A stretch of DNA of 62,425 nucleotides from Nitrososphaera sp. (GTDB lineage Archaea > Thermoproteota > Nitrososphaeria > Nitrososphaerales > Nitrososphaeraceae), in contig DATFCN010000179.1 in assembly GCA_035253045.1 (NCBI GenBank), forward strand, positions 1 to 62,425. The letters run 5' to 3'. Made by a program: the position numbers and the translations under genes. The notes under the pieces were generated by a model that worked only from the letters and a program-made list of their open reading frames with translations, had not been told where the DNA came from and did not search any database. The stretch's first letter is position 1. Each line of letters starts with the position of its first letter. Below are positions 49,075 through 58,971 of this stretch, one piece after another.

Positions 49075-49701
49075 ATGCATACAACTATAAGCACGTTAAA
49101 TAGTTTTTCTCACGTGATACTTATCGACTCTTATATGGCCATGATCTTACCCGATGACATTTCTGACCGCATCTCTGGATTTATTGCAGGTAAACGAAAC
49201 TTTCCCTTTGTAGACTCTGATGAAATGATGTGCATGATGTATCTATACGGCAGAAATAACAGGATAAAAGAACATGAGGTTGACGAAGTCAGCAGCCTTG
49301 CACAACATACTGCCACACAGATGGGTCAGGAGATTGATATTTATATGAACAGCTCAGCAAGCAAACTTGAAACAGAATACATCAGGAGTAAGTACATAAA
49401 TAGAGAACTGCAATTGACTGTTGAAAGAAAACAACAGGATATCAAGAAGAGAATAGCAGGGGATCCAGCGATATTATCTGACTGCTTTGCGCATCATGTT
49501 GCTTACTACAAGCAGGACTACTTTTTGGAGCTATACGGTCCGCTTAGGGATTCTGAGCTTATGTCAGACATCCGCTCGGCGCTGGCTCACAGGATGATCA
49601 TGGTGTGCTACAATAGAAAAGGAGCACAAGAGACAAGATTGGCACATCCCCTGATTCCAGTATATGTGTGGTTCAAGGATCAGACGGGTGCAAAGCCATG
49701 A
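49075..49701 (+). CDS. Hypothetical protein (start likely about 49135)
   Basis: Long ORF, globular composition. Confidence 0.75.
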   Translation: MHTTISTLNSFSHVILIDSYMAMILPDDISDRISGFIAGKRNFPFVDSDEMMCMMYLYGRNNRIKEHEVDEVSSLAQHTATQMGQEIDIYMNSSASKLETEYIRSKYINRELQLTVERKQQDIKKRIAGDPAILSDCFAHHVAYYKQDYFLELYGPLRDSELMSDIRSALAHRMIMVCYNRKGAQETRLAHPLIPVYVWFKDQTGAKP

Positions 49702-50096
49702 TAATATGGAATTTGGGAAAGCTCCTCCTGAGGCATTTGAACAAGGGATATCAAATGCCCATCTGGATCTTGGATTATTGCATGCTTACCAAATGGCTCC
49801 TGCTTAGGCCTTTTGTAGAATTTGACCCTTTTCTTTTTTAGGCTGTTGATGACGTCATCAAAATCGCTTATGCTAAACCCCACCAGCATGCCATTGTTCT
49901 TTTTGATCCTTTTTCTTTTCGCAGGGTGGAGCGCTAGCACTGTGCCGCGCGTTGAAAACTCCGTCCAGTCCTTTGATTCTTGCTTCAGATCCATACCAAG
50001 GGTGTCACGATAGAATTTGATCGATCTTTTCATGTTGGAAACAAGCAAAATGACCGCTCCTATCCGGCTAAACATTGCAGTAGTGTATTCATCCAT
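49680..50096 (-). CDS. VOC/glyoxalase-family protein
   Basis: LLVSNMKRSIKFYRDTLG, EPFGK..IIQDPDGH. Confidence 0.88.
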   Translation of the reverse strand: MDEYTTAMFSRIGAVILLVSNMKRSIKFYRDTLGMDLKQESKDWTEFSTRGTVLALHPAKRKRIKKNNGMLVGFSISDFDDVINSLKKKRVKFYKRPKQEPFGKHAIIQDPDGHLISLVQMPQEELSQIPYYHGFAPV

Positions 50097-50166
50097 AGAT
50101 ATAAAGTTGAAAACGCAATTAGCTGTAGTATTATATATATATCTAGATCACAGAATCTGTAGACTC

Positions 50167-50637
50167 TTGCAGAACGACAGGACACCTGCCCCCATGGTCA
50201 GGTTCTCAGAATTTCTTGGGATAGGATACTTCGGCGACAAAAAGCAGAGAGTCATAGCTCCAATTTTTGATTTGTACTCCAATGCAGAGCGAGGGTGGGA
50301 AAAAGTAATGTCAAGCCGGCAGCAAGAAGTCTCTATATTTCACACAGTATTTGTTGAACATCCTACAAAATACGAGTTCATCGCCTACCCCGTAGAAATG
50401 AGCTCTGAAAGGGTCAATTATGTGCTTTATCGTTCATCTTCTAGCCTGTCCAGCGTGAATAAATTCAAAAGTGATTATGGCAGTGGAACTACATATATCA
50501 AGTTTGGATGGCATGATGTAACAAAGCCATATAAGTTTGATGTGCTTCCATACTATATCGCTGTTGACTCAACAGAGTTCATGAAGGCAAAGGATATCAA
50601 ACCCGGGATGCTGGTCGACCAGATAAGAAAAAGCTAG
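50167..50637 (+). CDS. Hypothetical protein (start TTG 50167 or ATG 50194; ORF open from 50017)
   Basis: TATATATA at about 50132-50142 lies upstream of the proposed start. Confidence 0.65.
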   Translation: MQNDRTPAPMVRFSEFLGIGYFGDKKQRVIAPIFDLYSNAERGWEKVMSSRQQEVSIFHTVFVEHPTKYEFIAYPVEMSSERVNYVLYRSSSSLSSVNKFKSDYGSGTTYIKFGWHDVTKPYKFDVLPYYIAVDSTEFMKAKDIKPGMLVDQIRKS

Positions 50638-50971
50638 CAGGCACGCACACACAGGCAATAAGTTCACTAATGTGGATAGTCGTTTCAAAATTGAGGGAGG
50701 GAATGTTTTCACGATATCTATTATAGCCTCAATAGCAAAATTCTCTGCAAGTAGTATAGCATTTGCCATGACCTGACCTCAGAAATAATGCAGAATTATT
50801 GCAGGCTCTCACCCATCTCCGCAGGCATTGCAAGCAGCTGTTGGTAGTTCTAATATTTTAGTTGCTAGTGCTTATAATTCCTAGCCGATTAGCCTCAATA
50901 TAAGTCGTCTATTGGGTCATCCACAAAAAATTATTAGATACTTTACATTTATCTTGGGTCACGCTCTAAAA

Positions 50972-51778
50972 ATGACATTGACGAACAACCCTGTAGCCGT
51001 TTTTGACTCAGGCATTGGGTCTCTCTCTATAATCAGGGAGCTCAGGCGCGAGATACCATACGAAGACCTACTCTACTTTGCAGACAGGGTCCACTTTCCG
51101 TACGGTACCAAGTCACATGCACAGTTGCGCGAGATCATCGCAAATACGATAAACTACCTCAAGCGTTACAAACCAAAGTTAGTGGTAGTTGCATCCAACA
51201 CTCCCTCTGTACAGGTACTTGACGAGATAAGGAGGACAATAAATGATATCCCAATAATTGGGGTCAGACCACCACTAAAAGAGGCGGCTAGACTCACAAA
51301 GAAAAAGCATATCGGAATCATGGCCACGGGGGGCATGATAAGGAGCAGAGAGTTTGAGAACCAAATTCGCAGAGAAGTACCGCAACATATCTTGGTAACA
51401 AGGTTTGATGCCTCATCCATAATTGAGATGATAGAAAAGGGAATGCACCTTGAGAATGAGCGACAAACATTTAATGTAATCTCTCGCATTCTTGGAGACA
51501 GCATTGATGAAGAGATTGATGTTATTACGCTTTCAAGCACGCACCTGCCATTTGTAAAACGTTATCTCAATTCACTCTTGCCTACCGTCAGGTTCATTGA
51601 TCCAGCGCAGATAGTAGCCAAAGACGTAAGGAAGTTTCTTGCATTTTATCGAATGGCAAAAAAGAGCGGCAGGAGTAATCTTCGGATCCTAGTCTCTGAT
51701 GGCAAGCGGGAATTCGAGAAATCAGTACGTGCATTGGGAGTGAGAGAACCTATTGAAGAAGTATTCCTTACATTTTGA
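50972..51778 (+). CDS. murI: Glutamate racemase-like protein with both catalytic Cys replaced by Ser
   Basis: FDSGIGSLS, YFAD..HFPYGTK, VASNT (canonical ACNT), LSSTHLP (canonical LGCTHYP), FIDPA. Confidence 0.85.
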   Translation: MTLTNNPVAVFDSGIGSLSIIRELRREIPYEDLLYFADRVHFPYGTKSHAQLREIIANTINYLKRYKPKLVVVASNTPSVQVLDEIRRTINDIPIIGVRPPLKEAARLTKKKHIGIMATGGMIRSREFENQIRREVPQHILVTRFDASSIIEMIEKGMHLENERQTFNVISRILGDSIDEEIDVITLSSTHLPFVKRYLNSLLPTVRFIDPAQIVAKDVRKFLAFYRMAKKSGRSNLRILVSDGKREFEKSVRALGVREPIEEVFLTF

Positions 51779-51854
51779 TTCGAGCCAGTAACACAGTCTA
51801 AATATATCCAAAACAAGAAATAATCATACAGTAAAGACAGGCAGCTAAGAGAAA

Positions 51855-52676
51855 ATGGGATTTCAAACAGATATTGATAGAGGAGGAAGAGCGCTGATGG
51901 ATACCTTTCTCCAACTCAGTGGCATATACTCTTTTTATCAAAGACATTTGGAATCAGAAATTATCAAGTATCCGCTGCCAAACCACATTGCAATTGTGCT
52001 TGATGGTAACAGGAGGTGGGCCAACATGCATTGGCTTGATACTAGTTGGGGACACAGCCACGGAGCCGACAAGGCAGAAGAACTATTAAACTGGATACAT
52101 GACGTAGGCATCAAGATCACTACACTGTATGTATTATCAACTGAAAATCTTGAGCGTAATGATGAGGAACTTCAAAATATTTACAGACTTCTTGAAATGA
52201 AGCTGGAAAAGCTCTATAATGACGAGCGGGTGCACAAACGGAAGATGAAAATAAAAGCGATAGGCGATACTAAACTGCTTCCCTATAAATTACAACAGGT
52301 GTTGACAAAGCTTGAAGAGTCAACTGCAGGTTATGATTCAATGTTTCTAAATATTGCGATAGCGTATGGCGGTCAAAAGGAGCTTATCGAGGCGGTCAGA
52401 AAGATAGCACGAATGGCTGAGAAGGGATTGATTGAAGTTGACGAAATTGATGAAAAAACCATCGAATCATGCCTGTATACTTCACATCTGCCACAGCCAT
52501 CTCCCGACCTTATTCTGAGAACATCAGGGGAAAAAAGGCTGAGTGGCTTCTTAATATGGCAGAGTGCCTACAGCGAGCTGATGTTCATGGATGTGTTCTG
52601 GCCGGAGTTTCGCAAAATTGACCTTATGCGAGCTATTAGGACATACCAGCAGAGAGTGCGCAGATATGGCAGATAA
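51855..52676 (+). CDS. uppS: cis-prenyltransferase (polyprenyl diphosphate synthase)
   Basis: HIAIVLDGNRRWA, STENLER, AIAYGG, RTSGEKRLSGFLIWQSAYSE, RRYGR. Confidence 0.96.
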   Translation: MGFQTDIDRGGRALMDTFLQLSGIYSFYQRHLESEIIKYPLPNHIAIVLDGNRRWANMHWLDTSWGHSHGADKAEELLNWIHDVGIKITTLYVLSTENLERNDEELQNIYRLLEMKLEKLYNDERVHKRKMKIKAIGDTKLLPYKLQQVLTKLEESTAGYDSMFLNIAIAYGGQKELIEAVRKIARMAEKGLIEVDEIDEKTIESCLYTSHLPQPSPDLILRTSGEKRLSGFLIWQSAYSELMFMDVFWPEFRKIDLMRAIRTYQQRVRRYGR

Positions 52677-52742
52677 TATAGAATACTACAGAAAGTCGAT
52701 GTTATTGTTTTTCGAACCAGAGGCTAACCATAATTCTTCTGG

Positions 52743-53129
52743 CTATGCTACTTCTTCAACTTGCCAGTTCTCATTAACGTACAAACCAATGACTCTTGCA
52801 GGAAGTTTCCACAAAGATATCTCTTGCAGAGCCTTTTTGATTTGGGCATAGTGATAGCTCTTATCCCCAGGGTTGCCTGCACAATCATAATGCCCAACTA
52901 TTGCTATGATGCGGGAGTTATGTTTCTCAATAGATATAGATGCGGATTGTTTTGCAAGTGATGCTTCTGCATGACGCAATTCATTTGAGAAAACTCCATT
53001 GGCACCAGGGAAAGTTATCATATCTACTATGTCTACGGCATAATTTTGTTTGATATAATCAATGACAGGCTGTTGAGCTCTGCCATCAATACAATTTATA
53101 GCAGTTCCAAATTTGTATTGCTCTTTCAT
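52743..53129 (-). CDS. Putative small beta-like carbonic anhydrase
   Basis: Zn-ligand motifs CIDGR and HYDCAGN. Confidence 0.8.
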   Translation of the reverse strand: MKEQYKFGTAINCIDGRAQQPVIDYIKQNYAVDIVDMITFPGANGVFSNELRHAEASLAKQSASISIEKHNSRIIAIVGHYDCAGNPGDKSYHYAQIKKALQEISLWKLPARVIGLYVNENWQVEEVA

Positions 53130-53232
53130 GGGTGATCAATCCTAGGGGGTTCTTTTAGAGTATGACTGTTAATACAATAGGCGGCATACAAGAGATTTAT
53201 GTATAACGTTACAAGCACTAAAAATTTACACA

Positions 53233-53254
53233 GTAGCGCAGAGCTCTGCGCTAC
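53233..53254. repeat. Perfect 22-bp palindrome GTAGCGCAGAGCTCTGCGCTAC
   Basis: Self-reverse-complementary, read directly. Confidence 0.9.
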
Positions 53255-53591
53255 CTGTAGAAGAGATTGGAAAATGTCAATACAAGAATAACACCTAAAC
53301 ACACGACCATATCGTCAGGAAATTATAATGGCCACAATAATGACAAGCAAAGCAGTAATGCGGGAATAACTACAGGCAAGTGAAAGCCAAGAGACTACAC
53401 TTTAGCAATAGTCTCCTCAGCTATAAGAGAAAGAGCAGAATTTACAACTAATAATAATAACTGCAAAATCTGAATGCTGAATTGCAAAATAACCAGATTC
53501 TTGTGGCTACAGATATCCTCTGCATTAAGAACATCAACACACATATACATAAAACAGATACCGAACAAGTAGATGTACTGAAGTTATAAAG

Positions 53592-54020
53592 ATGGGAGAT
53601 CAAGATATAACAAAAAAGAACTGTTTCTTATATGTTATCAGATATGATACTTCAAGTATTAAAGATGGATTGGTAAAATTGAAAGATCTAATTGATAAAT
53701 ATAACGGAGATCCAAAACCAGAGAAATGGGAACATGTGAAAGAATATTCCAAATCAGAAATGAATCGATTAGAAGAGATAAGAAAATACATAGTTAGATA
53801 TTTAGACATCATCAGACACTTAGTTAAAAATCCCAGATTAGATTCTGGTAAATTCGACTATGTCTACGTAAAGTATAGTATTGACTTATTCTATGATGTT
53901 TATTATATGGATCCACAATATGACCAACCAGGATTAGCAGATTTGATGAGGGATATCGTAGATCAGATTGGTCAGGTCAATGCAGCACTCCAATTCCTTG
54001 ATGCAGAAAAAGGATTGTAG
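53592..54020 (+). CDS. Hypothetical protein, AT-rich
   Basis: 142-aa ORF with A/T-ending codons; no motif recognised. Confidence 0.7.
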   Translation: MGDQDITKKNCFLYVIRYDTSSIKDGLVKLKDLIDKYNGDPKPEKWEHVKEYSKSEMNRLEEIRKYIVRYLDIIRHLVKNPRLDSGKFDYVYVKYSIDLFYDVYYMDPQYDQPGLADLMRDIVDQIGQVNAALQFLDAEKGL

Positions 54021-54440
54021 ATGGCAGACCAGTCTATAAATAATCCTTTTTTAAGTTCAATCGTTATTTGCGATTCATCTTAGCAGATAGTGCTGTAATG
54101 TCTAGGAAACTAATAATTGTTTTTACCATCCATCATTGCCGTTTTTGACAGCTGATAAGGGGTCTATTGGATGGCGTATCAGTCTTGAATAACATCATCA
54201 CAATTTCCCATCCATTAGCTAGCGTATCTCGCCAAGGCACTTATCTGTATGTAACAATTCCTTTGAAGAAGATGAGAGTCAGCCGGTGCAAGTTTTGAGC
54301 AGATTCAATTAAGAGTTATAGAGGAATTTCTTCCGTGATATCACTATCGAGCACTTGAAGATTCAGTGGCATAGCAAGCCTTACAGCCAATTTTTTACCC
54401 GGCTAGATATTCTTTCAAACTGACCTGCCATTGTTTTTAA

Positions 54441-54623
54441 ATGAGTGAAGATAGAATGTTGTTGATGAAAGATAAAGAGTCTATGTGGGTATGTAAACAT
54501 TGTCAGTTAGTTTTTGCTTTTGATACACACATTAGAGCGCATAAAATGCTGACAGGGCATACTAGAATCATCAAATACGAATTACCATCTACAAACACTG
54601 TGAGGGAATCAGAGCATATTTAA
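54441..54623 (+). CDS. C2H2 zinc-finger microprotein
   Basis: WVCKHCQLVF......AHKMLTGH. Confidence 0.78.
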   Translation: MSEDRMLLMKDKESMWVCKHCQLVFAFDTHIRAHKMLTGHTRIIKYELPSTNTVRESEHI

Positions 54624-54790
54624 TAGAAAGGAGTAAGGCAAATTGGCGACAAGAGTCGCTGAATTTTTAACAAGAGACGAATAATGATTTGCATTATTTT
54701 TTCTTCTCTTATCTTGAACTCGATTTTTAGCTATGCATATTTGGTTGGCATTACAAGATAGAGAAGATAATCTAGCTATTAACCAAAAGA

Positions 54791-55690
54791 TCACAAAGTG
54801 ACGATAGCAGAAGGTCTACGCTTGTGGAAGCTTCTTTCTATCATATATTGGACCTTATTAACGTCCTTTGTAGATATACCTAACTTTCTAGCTGCCTCCT
54901 TTGGTTGTAGTTTTTTGTCAACTAGCAAGTGTAATATCTGGTCTATCCTCTCATAATCCATCCCTATCTCCTCCTCTGCAAGATGGTTTTCCCAGAGTCT
55001 GGGACTGCTCTTCTTTTGAACTATTGCACCAGGAATACCTAAATATTGTGCAAGAGCTCTTACTTGTGTCTTATACAATAAAGCAATAGGCACAATATCG
55101 GCGGCTCCATCACCAAACTTGCTAAAATATCCTATTTGGACTTCACTCTTATCTGAGGTGCCTGCCACAAGATAACCATAAATTCCAGCGTAATAATATA
55201 GAAGGCTCATGCGAATTCTTGCCATCAGATTTCCTCTTGCCTTCTTGTCTTCCGGCAGGATCTCTTCAAATTTTTGAATTATTGGTTGGATATCAATAAT
55301 ATAATATCTTACACCAAGATTCCTAGCCAGTTCTACTGCATCAGCAATATCTTCTTTTGGAGTATTGTCGCTTGGCATAACAAGGCCAAGCACGTTTGAT
55401 TGCCCAAGTGCATTTACACTTAGTTTCAAAACGACAGATGAATCAAGACCACCGCTCAGTCCTATCACTAGCCCCTTTGCAGAGCTTTTCGAAACATATA
55501 CAGAGAGGAACTTTTCTATTTTTTTTGATGCTTTCTCATAATCCTGACAAAGTAATTCTTCAAGCGTCCTTGATTTCACAGTGCTATAAATCAGCTGCTT
55601 AGCAGTATTAATATCATCTACTAGAGATTTATTTAGGGGTATCGAATAATTGGTAAAGAGATTCAGGTTTTTGGTCCAGCACAGAGTCAA
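54791..55690 (-). CDS. nadE: NH3-dependent NAD+ synthetase (true start probably internal)
   Basis: GLSGGLDS, GNLMARIRM, GYFSKFGDG, KTQV, SFHKR. Confidence 0.94.
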   Translation of the reverse strand: MTLCWTKNLNLFTNYSIPLNKSLVDDINTAKQLIYSTVKSRTLEELLCQDYEKASKKIEKFLSVYVSKSSAKGLVIGLSGGLDSSVVLKLSVNALGQSNVLGLVMPSDNTPKEDIADAVELARNLGVRYYIIDIQPIIQKFEEILPEDKKARGNLMARIRMSLLYYYAGIYGYLVAGTSDKSEVQIGYFSKFGDGAADIVPIALLYKTQVRALAQYLGIPGAIVQKKSSPRLWENHLAEEEIGMDYERIDQILHLLVDKKLQPKEAARKLGISTKDVNKVQYMIERSFHKRRPSAIVTL

Positions 55691-55747
55691 TCTTTTAGTG
55701 GAATAGTATAGTGATTTTCCTTAATGAAAATTAAGTTTGGTTGGATG

Positions 55748-56758
55748 TTACATAAGCGTAGAAATAATTTTGGCGGCTCTGGCCGCACCCTTGCTGTACT
55801 CTGCATTGCTTCTGCATCCGATTTTTTCTTTGATCAGATGCCCGAGTCGGAAAATGTCTTCATACTTGAATCCAAAGCGCGCTGCACTTAGCTCCTGCTC
55901 AAAATGGTTCTTTAGTGGTATAAAAATCCCGGGGGTTCCGTATGCCATCGATTCATCCATTGTTGATCTGCCAGCAAGTGATATTACAAGATCAGCGGCA
56001 TAGACTAACTCATGCATATTATTGACGAAGCCAAGGTTACGATATTCTTGCGAATCAGGAAGTTCTATCGAAGGTCCAGACACGATTATGAGTTCAGAAT
56101 CTAACTTGCTTTGAAGTTGGCGGTGCACATCTATCGCCTTTTGGATCAGATGTTTGCCAGCATCAGTTCCACCGCTACTAACAAGTATGGTGTTTTTCTC
56201 TAAACCAAATTGTTTGCGCAGAGTGTTGCGATCGGCACTAGCCCGCCTAACTATAGGGCCGACATATCGCATGTTATCCCTATCGTCTCCAAGCTCAGGA
56301 ATGATTATACATTCGCATGTTTGCATAATATTATGCATAGACTTATTCATCTTCTTTTCTATTACGGAGGCAAGGCCAGCTGTAAAATGACTTTCGATAA
56401 TATCGGTTATCAGCACCCGCCTTTGACCCAATTTCTTGGCAACTACAATTGAGGCAAAGTCCTCATCACTTACTACTAGTCCATTGCGGGTTTCCAGAAT
56501 TTCCTTTGCAAGTGTCTTGCATTTCCTGTAATACAGGTAGTATTGCAGTAGCCATTTGAATGCATGCCGAAGCTGTCCTGACTCTACAATGAATTTCTCA
56601 GGCTTGTAAATGTCCAGAGCCTTGAACCCTTTTCTTGCGATCAAGATTGACGCACCTTCACCACTTGCAAACAAGATGTCAGTTTTAAGTTCCTCTGCAA
56701 TGGCAATGTCGCGGGTTGCATGGCCAAGTCCAATAGGGCTTGTGAAAAAAGTGATCAT
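55748..56758 (-). CDS. GT-B glycosyltransferase (GT28/MJ1255-like)
   Basis: GLGHATR, VSSGG, ADLVISLAG.STMDE, HFEQ. Confidence 0.85.
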   Translation of the reverse strand: MITFFTSPIGLGHATRDIAIAEELKTDILFASGEGASILIARKGFKALDIYKPEKFIVESGQLRHAFKWLLQYYLYYRKCKTLAKEILETRNGLVVSDEDFASIVVAKKLGQRRVLITDIIESHFTAGLASVIEKKMNKSMHNIMQTCECIIIPELGDDRDNMRYVGPIVRRASADRNTLRKQFGLEKNTILVSSGGTDAGKHLIQKAIDVHRQLQSKLDSELIIVSGPSIELPDSQEYRNLGFVNNMHELVYAADLVISLAGRSTMDESMAYGTPGIFIPLKNHFEQELSAARFGFKYEDIFRLGHLIKEKIGCRSNAEYSKGAARAAKIISTLM

Positions 56759-56789
56759 AGAGATTTATCCGTATTATCGCATTACAACA

Positions 56790-57173
56790 TTACATTGCTA
56801 TCAGCTTTACATGATCCATCTTTTTGTTTGACTGGAATTTTTTAGTCATATTCTTTATATCAGCAGCTTCGCCTTTTAGCAAGAATATTTCAAGGCATCT
56901 GTCTCCGTCTATCTTGTTATGTATATGAGTGGTGATCAGTTTATCATAATCGTGTCGCATTTCTGTTACTTGCTCATCTGATTTTTCATCATGTATTGCC
57001 AAAAGAACTGCAAAGAGCTCGCCATACAAATCCTGCCTGTCCTTCTCTTCTGCCAAAAGATTTCTGATACCAGCTCTTACAATTTCAGATCTGCCAGAAA
57101 ACCCCAGTGCTTTCTGTAACTTGTCTATTTCTGTCAGGATATCCGTATTTAGAGAAATACTAACTATTGCCAA
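56790..57173 (-). CDS. nikR: NikR-family ribbon-helix-helix metalloregulator
   Basis: IVSISL, GRSEIVR; metal ligands RH...THIH...CLE. Confidence 0.85.
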   Translation of the reverse strand: MAIVSISLNTDILTEIDKLQKALGFSGRSEIVRAGIRNLLAEEKDRQDLYGELFAVLLAIHDEKSDEQVTEMRHDYDKLITTHIHNKIDGDRCLEIFLLKGEAADIKNMTKKFQSNKKMDHVKLIAM

Positions 57174-57190
57174 TGCGATGCAATATTATT

Positions 57191-57209
57191 AAGTCCTTTA
57201 TAAGGACTT
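57191..57209. promoter_or_regulatory. Inverted repeat AAGTCCTT-TAT-AAGGACTT, candidate operator overlapping the nikR TATA box
   Basis: Perfect 8-bp arms in the 91-bp divergent nikR/znuA gap. Confidence 0.5.
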
Positions 57210-57264
57210 CTATATTTTTTAATAACAAAGGTATATATCTTTAATAATAATGAAAAATATCTAA

Positions 57265-58227
57265 ATGAAACAAAGCAGAGCAGCTCTTACAGCCATTGCC
57301 ACGTTAATTCCGCTTGCAATGATTGCTACTGTATACACAGGAAGGCCAGCTCTGCACGATATACAAGAGCAGGAAAAGATTACAGTTGTTGCGTCCTTTT
57401 ATCCGCTTTATGAATTTGCTTCTAAGGTTGTTGGTGACAGGGCAGAAGTGTCAAGTCTTGTCCCAATGGGCATAGAGCCACACGACTGGGAGCCTACCGC
57501 AGAGGATATTCTAAGAGGACGCGTAGCTGATGTAGTGATCATTAATGGTGCAGGTTTTGAAAGATGGATAAATGACTTGGAAGCCAAATTTGTTGTTAAC
57601 ACTAGTGAAGGCATTGAATTTAATTATAAAGGAAGAAATGAATCAGGAAATGATGAGCAGGAGCATGAAGGTGATGATGACACTGCGGACGGTAATGGGG
57701 TTAATCCTCACATCTGGCTAGATCCTATTCTTGCAAAGTATCAGGTAAACAAGATCCGCGATGCAATGGTAAGAGCAGACCCACCTAACGCAGCTTACTA
57801 CAATCAAAATGCTGACAGATTTATCGCAGAGATTGATTCGCTGGATGCCTTTATTAGGTCAGGGCTTGCCAGCTGTGACAGATTTGAATTCATAGCATTT
57901 CACGATGCATTTATCCACTTTTCAGAAAGATATGGCCTGAGGCAACACAGCATTCAAGGGGTTTCACCCGAAGGGGAAATATTGCCGCAGACAATGCAGC
58001 AGATAATTGAGCTTGCAAATGGGTTAGACATCAATGTGATTTATTCAGAAGATTTGATTGACAGCAGGCTGGCAGATACAATTGCCAATGAGATTCCAGA
58101 CGGAAAGGTGCTTGTGCTGAGCCCAATTGAAGGTATTAGCAAAGAGGAACTGGCAGCAGGTGTTGGATATATTGACAAGATGAAGCAGAATATTGCAAAT
58201 TTGAGGGAGGGTCTAGAATGCAGATAG
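57265..58227 (+). CDS. znuA: Zn/Mn-type ABC substrate-binding protein
   Basis: SFYPL, EPHDWEP, NPHIWLDP, FHDAF; acidic loop. Confidence 0.9.
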   Translation: MKQSRAALTAIATLIPLAMIATVYTGRPALHDIQEQEKITVVASFYPLYEFASKVVGDRAEVSSLVPMGIEPHDWEPTAEDILRGRVADVVIINGAGFERWINDLEAKFVVNTSEGIEFNYKGRNESGNDEQEHEGDDDTADGNGVNPHIWLDPILAKYQVNKIRDAMVRADPPNAAYYNQNADRFIAEIDSLDAFIRSGLASCDRFEFIAFHDAFIHFSERYGLRQHSIQGVSPEGEILPQTMQQIIELANGLDINVIYSEDLIDSRLADTIANEIPDGKVLVLSPIEGISKEELAAGVGYIDKMKQNIANLREGLECR

Positions 58228-58964
58228 TCGAGATCGACAGACTCTCATATGCATATTCCGGCAATTTGGTTCTAGATAACATCTCCTTTACAATTGATGA
58301 GGGAGATATACTTGGAATAATAGGCCCAAATGGCGCAGGTAAGACCACGCTTTTCAGCTGCATGTTAGGCCTGCGGGATGACTACACAGGTACAATTAAA
58401 ATTCTCGGAGAGGACATCAAAAAGAAGAACAACAAAGTATCCAAAAGCATAGGATACATACCGCAAAAGAAAACAGTTGATCAGAACTTTCCTGCAACAG
58501 TTGAAGAAATTGTATCACTTGGAATCAGCGTCATGGATAGGACATCTAAAGAGAAAATAGCATTAGCGCTTGAAACTGTAGGTTTGCTTGCACAAAAAGA
58601 TCGTAGAGTTGGAGAACTGTCTGGTGGGCAGCAACAACGCGTATTGATAGCAAAGGCGATGGTGAACGACCCCAAGCTTTTGATACTAGACGAGCCAGCG
58701 ACAGGTATCGATCTTGAAATGCAAAACAGGTTTTATTCTCTTCTGAAAAAGCTGAATCAGGAGAACAAGATCACCATAATTTGGGCATCGCACGACCTTG
58801 ATGCAGTTAACAGTCTTGCCACAAGCGTGGCATGCATCAACCGCTCAATGTTCTTCCATGGCAAGGCATACGAATTCTTTGAAAATCCAGATCTCCTCAA
58901 AGCATATTCAGAATCGAGCATGCAGGCACATATGCACCTACACAACCACACTTACAAAGGATGA
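58218..58964 (+). CDS. znuC: Metal ABC transporter ATPase
   Basis: GPNGAGKT, GYIPQ, LSGGQQQR, LDEP, SHD; His-rich tail. Confidence 0.92.
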   Translation: MQIVEIDRLSYAYSGNLVLDNISFTIDEGDILGIIGPNGAGKTTLFSCMLGLRDDYTGTIKILGEDIKKKNNKVSKSIGYIPQKKTVDQNFPATVEEIVSLGISVMDRTSKEKIALALETVGLLAQKDRRVGELSGGQQQRVLIAKAMVNDPKLLILDEPATGIDLEMQNRFYSLLKKLNQENKITIIWASHDLDAVNSLATSVACINRSMFFHGKAYEFFENPDLLKAYSESSMQAHMHLHNHTYKG

Positions 58965-58971
58965 AAGATAA

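Noticed and set aside
50569-50769. 66-aa - strand ORF
   Set aside because: Overlaps the preceding CDS and has no recognisable motif
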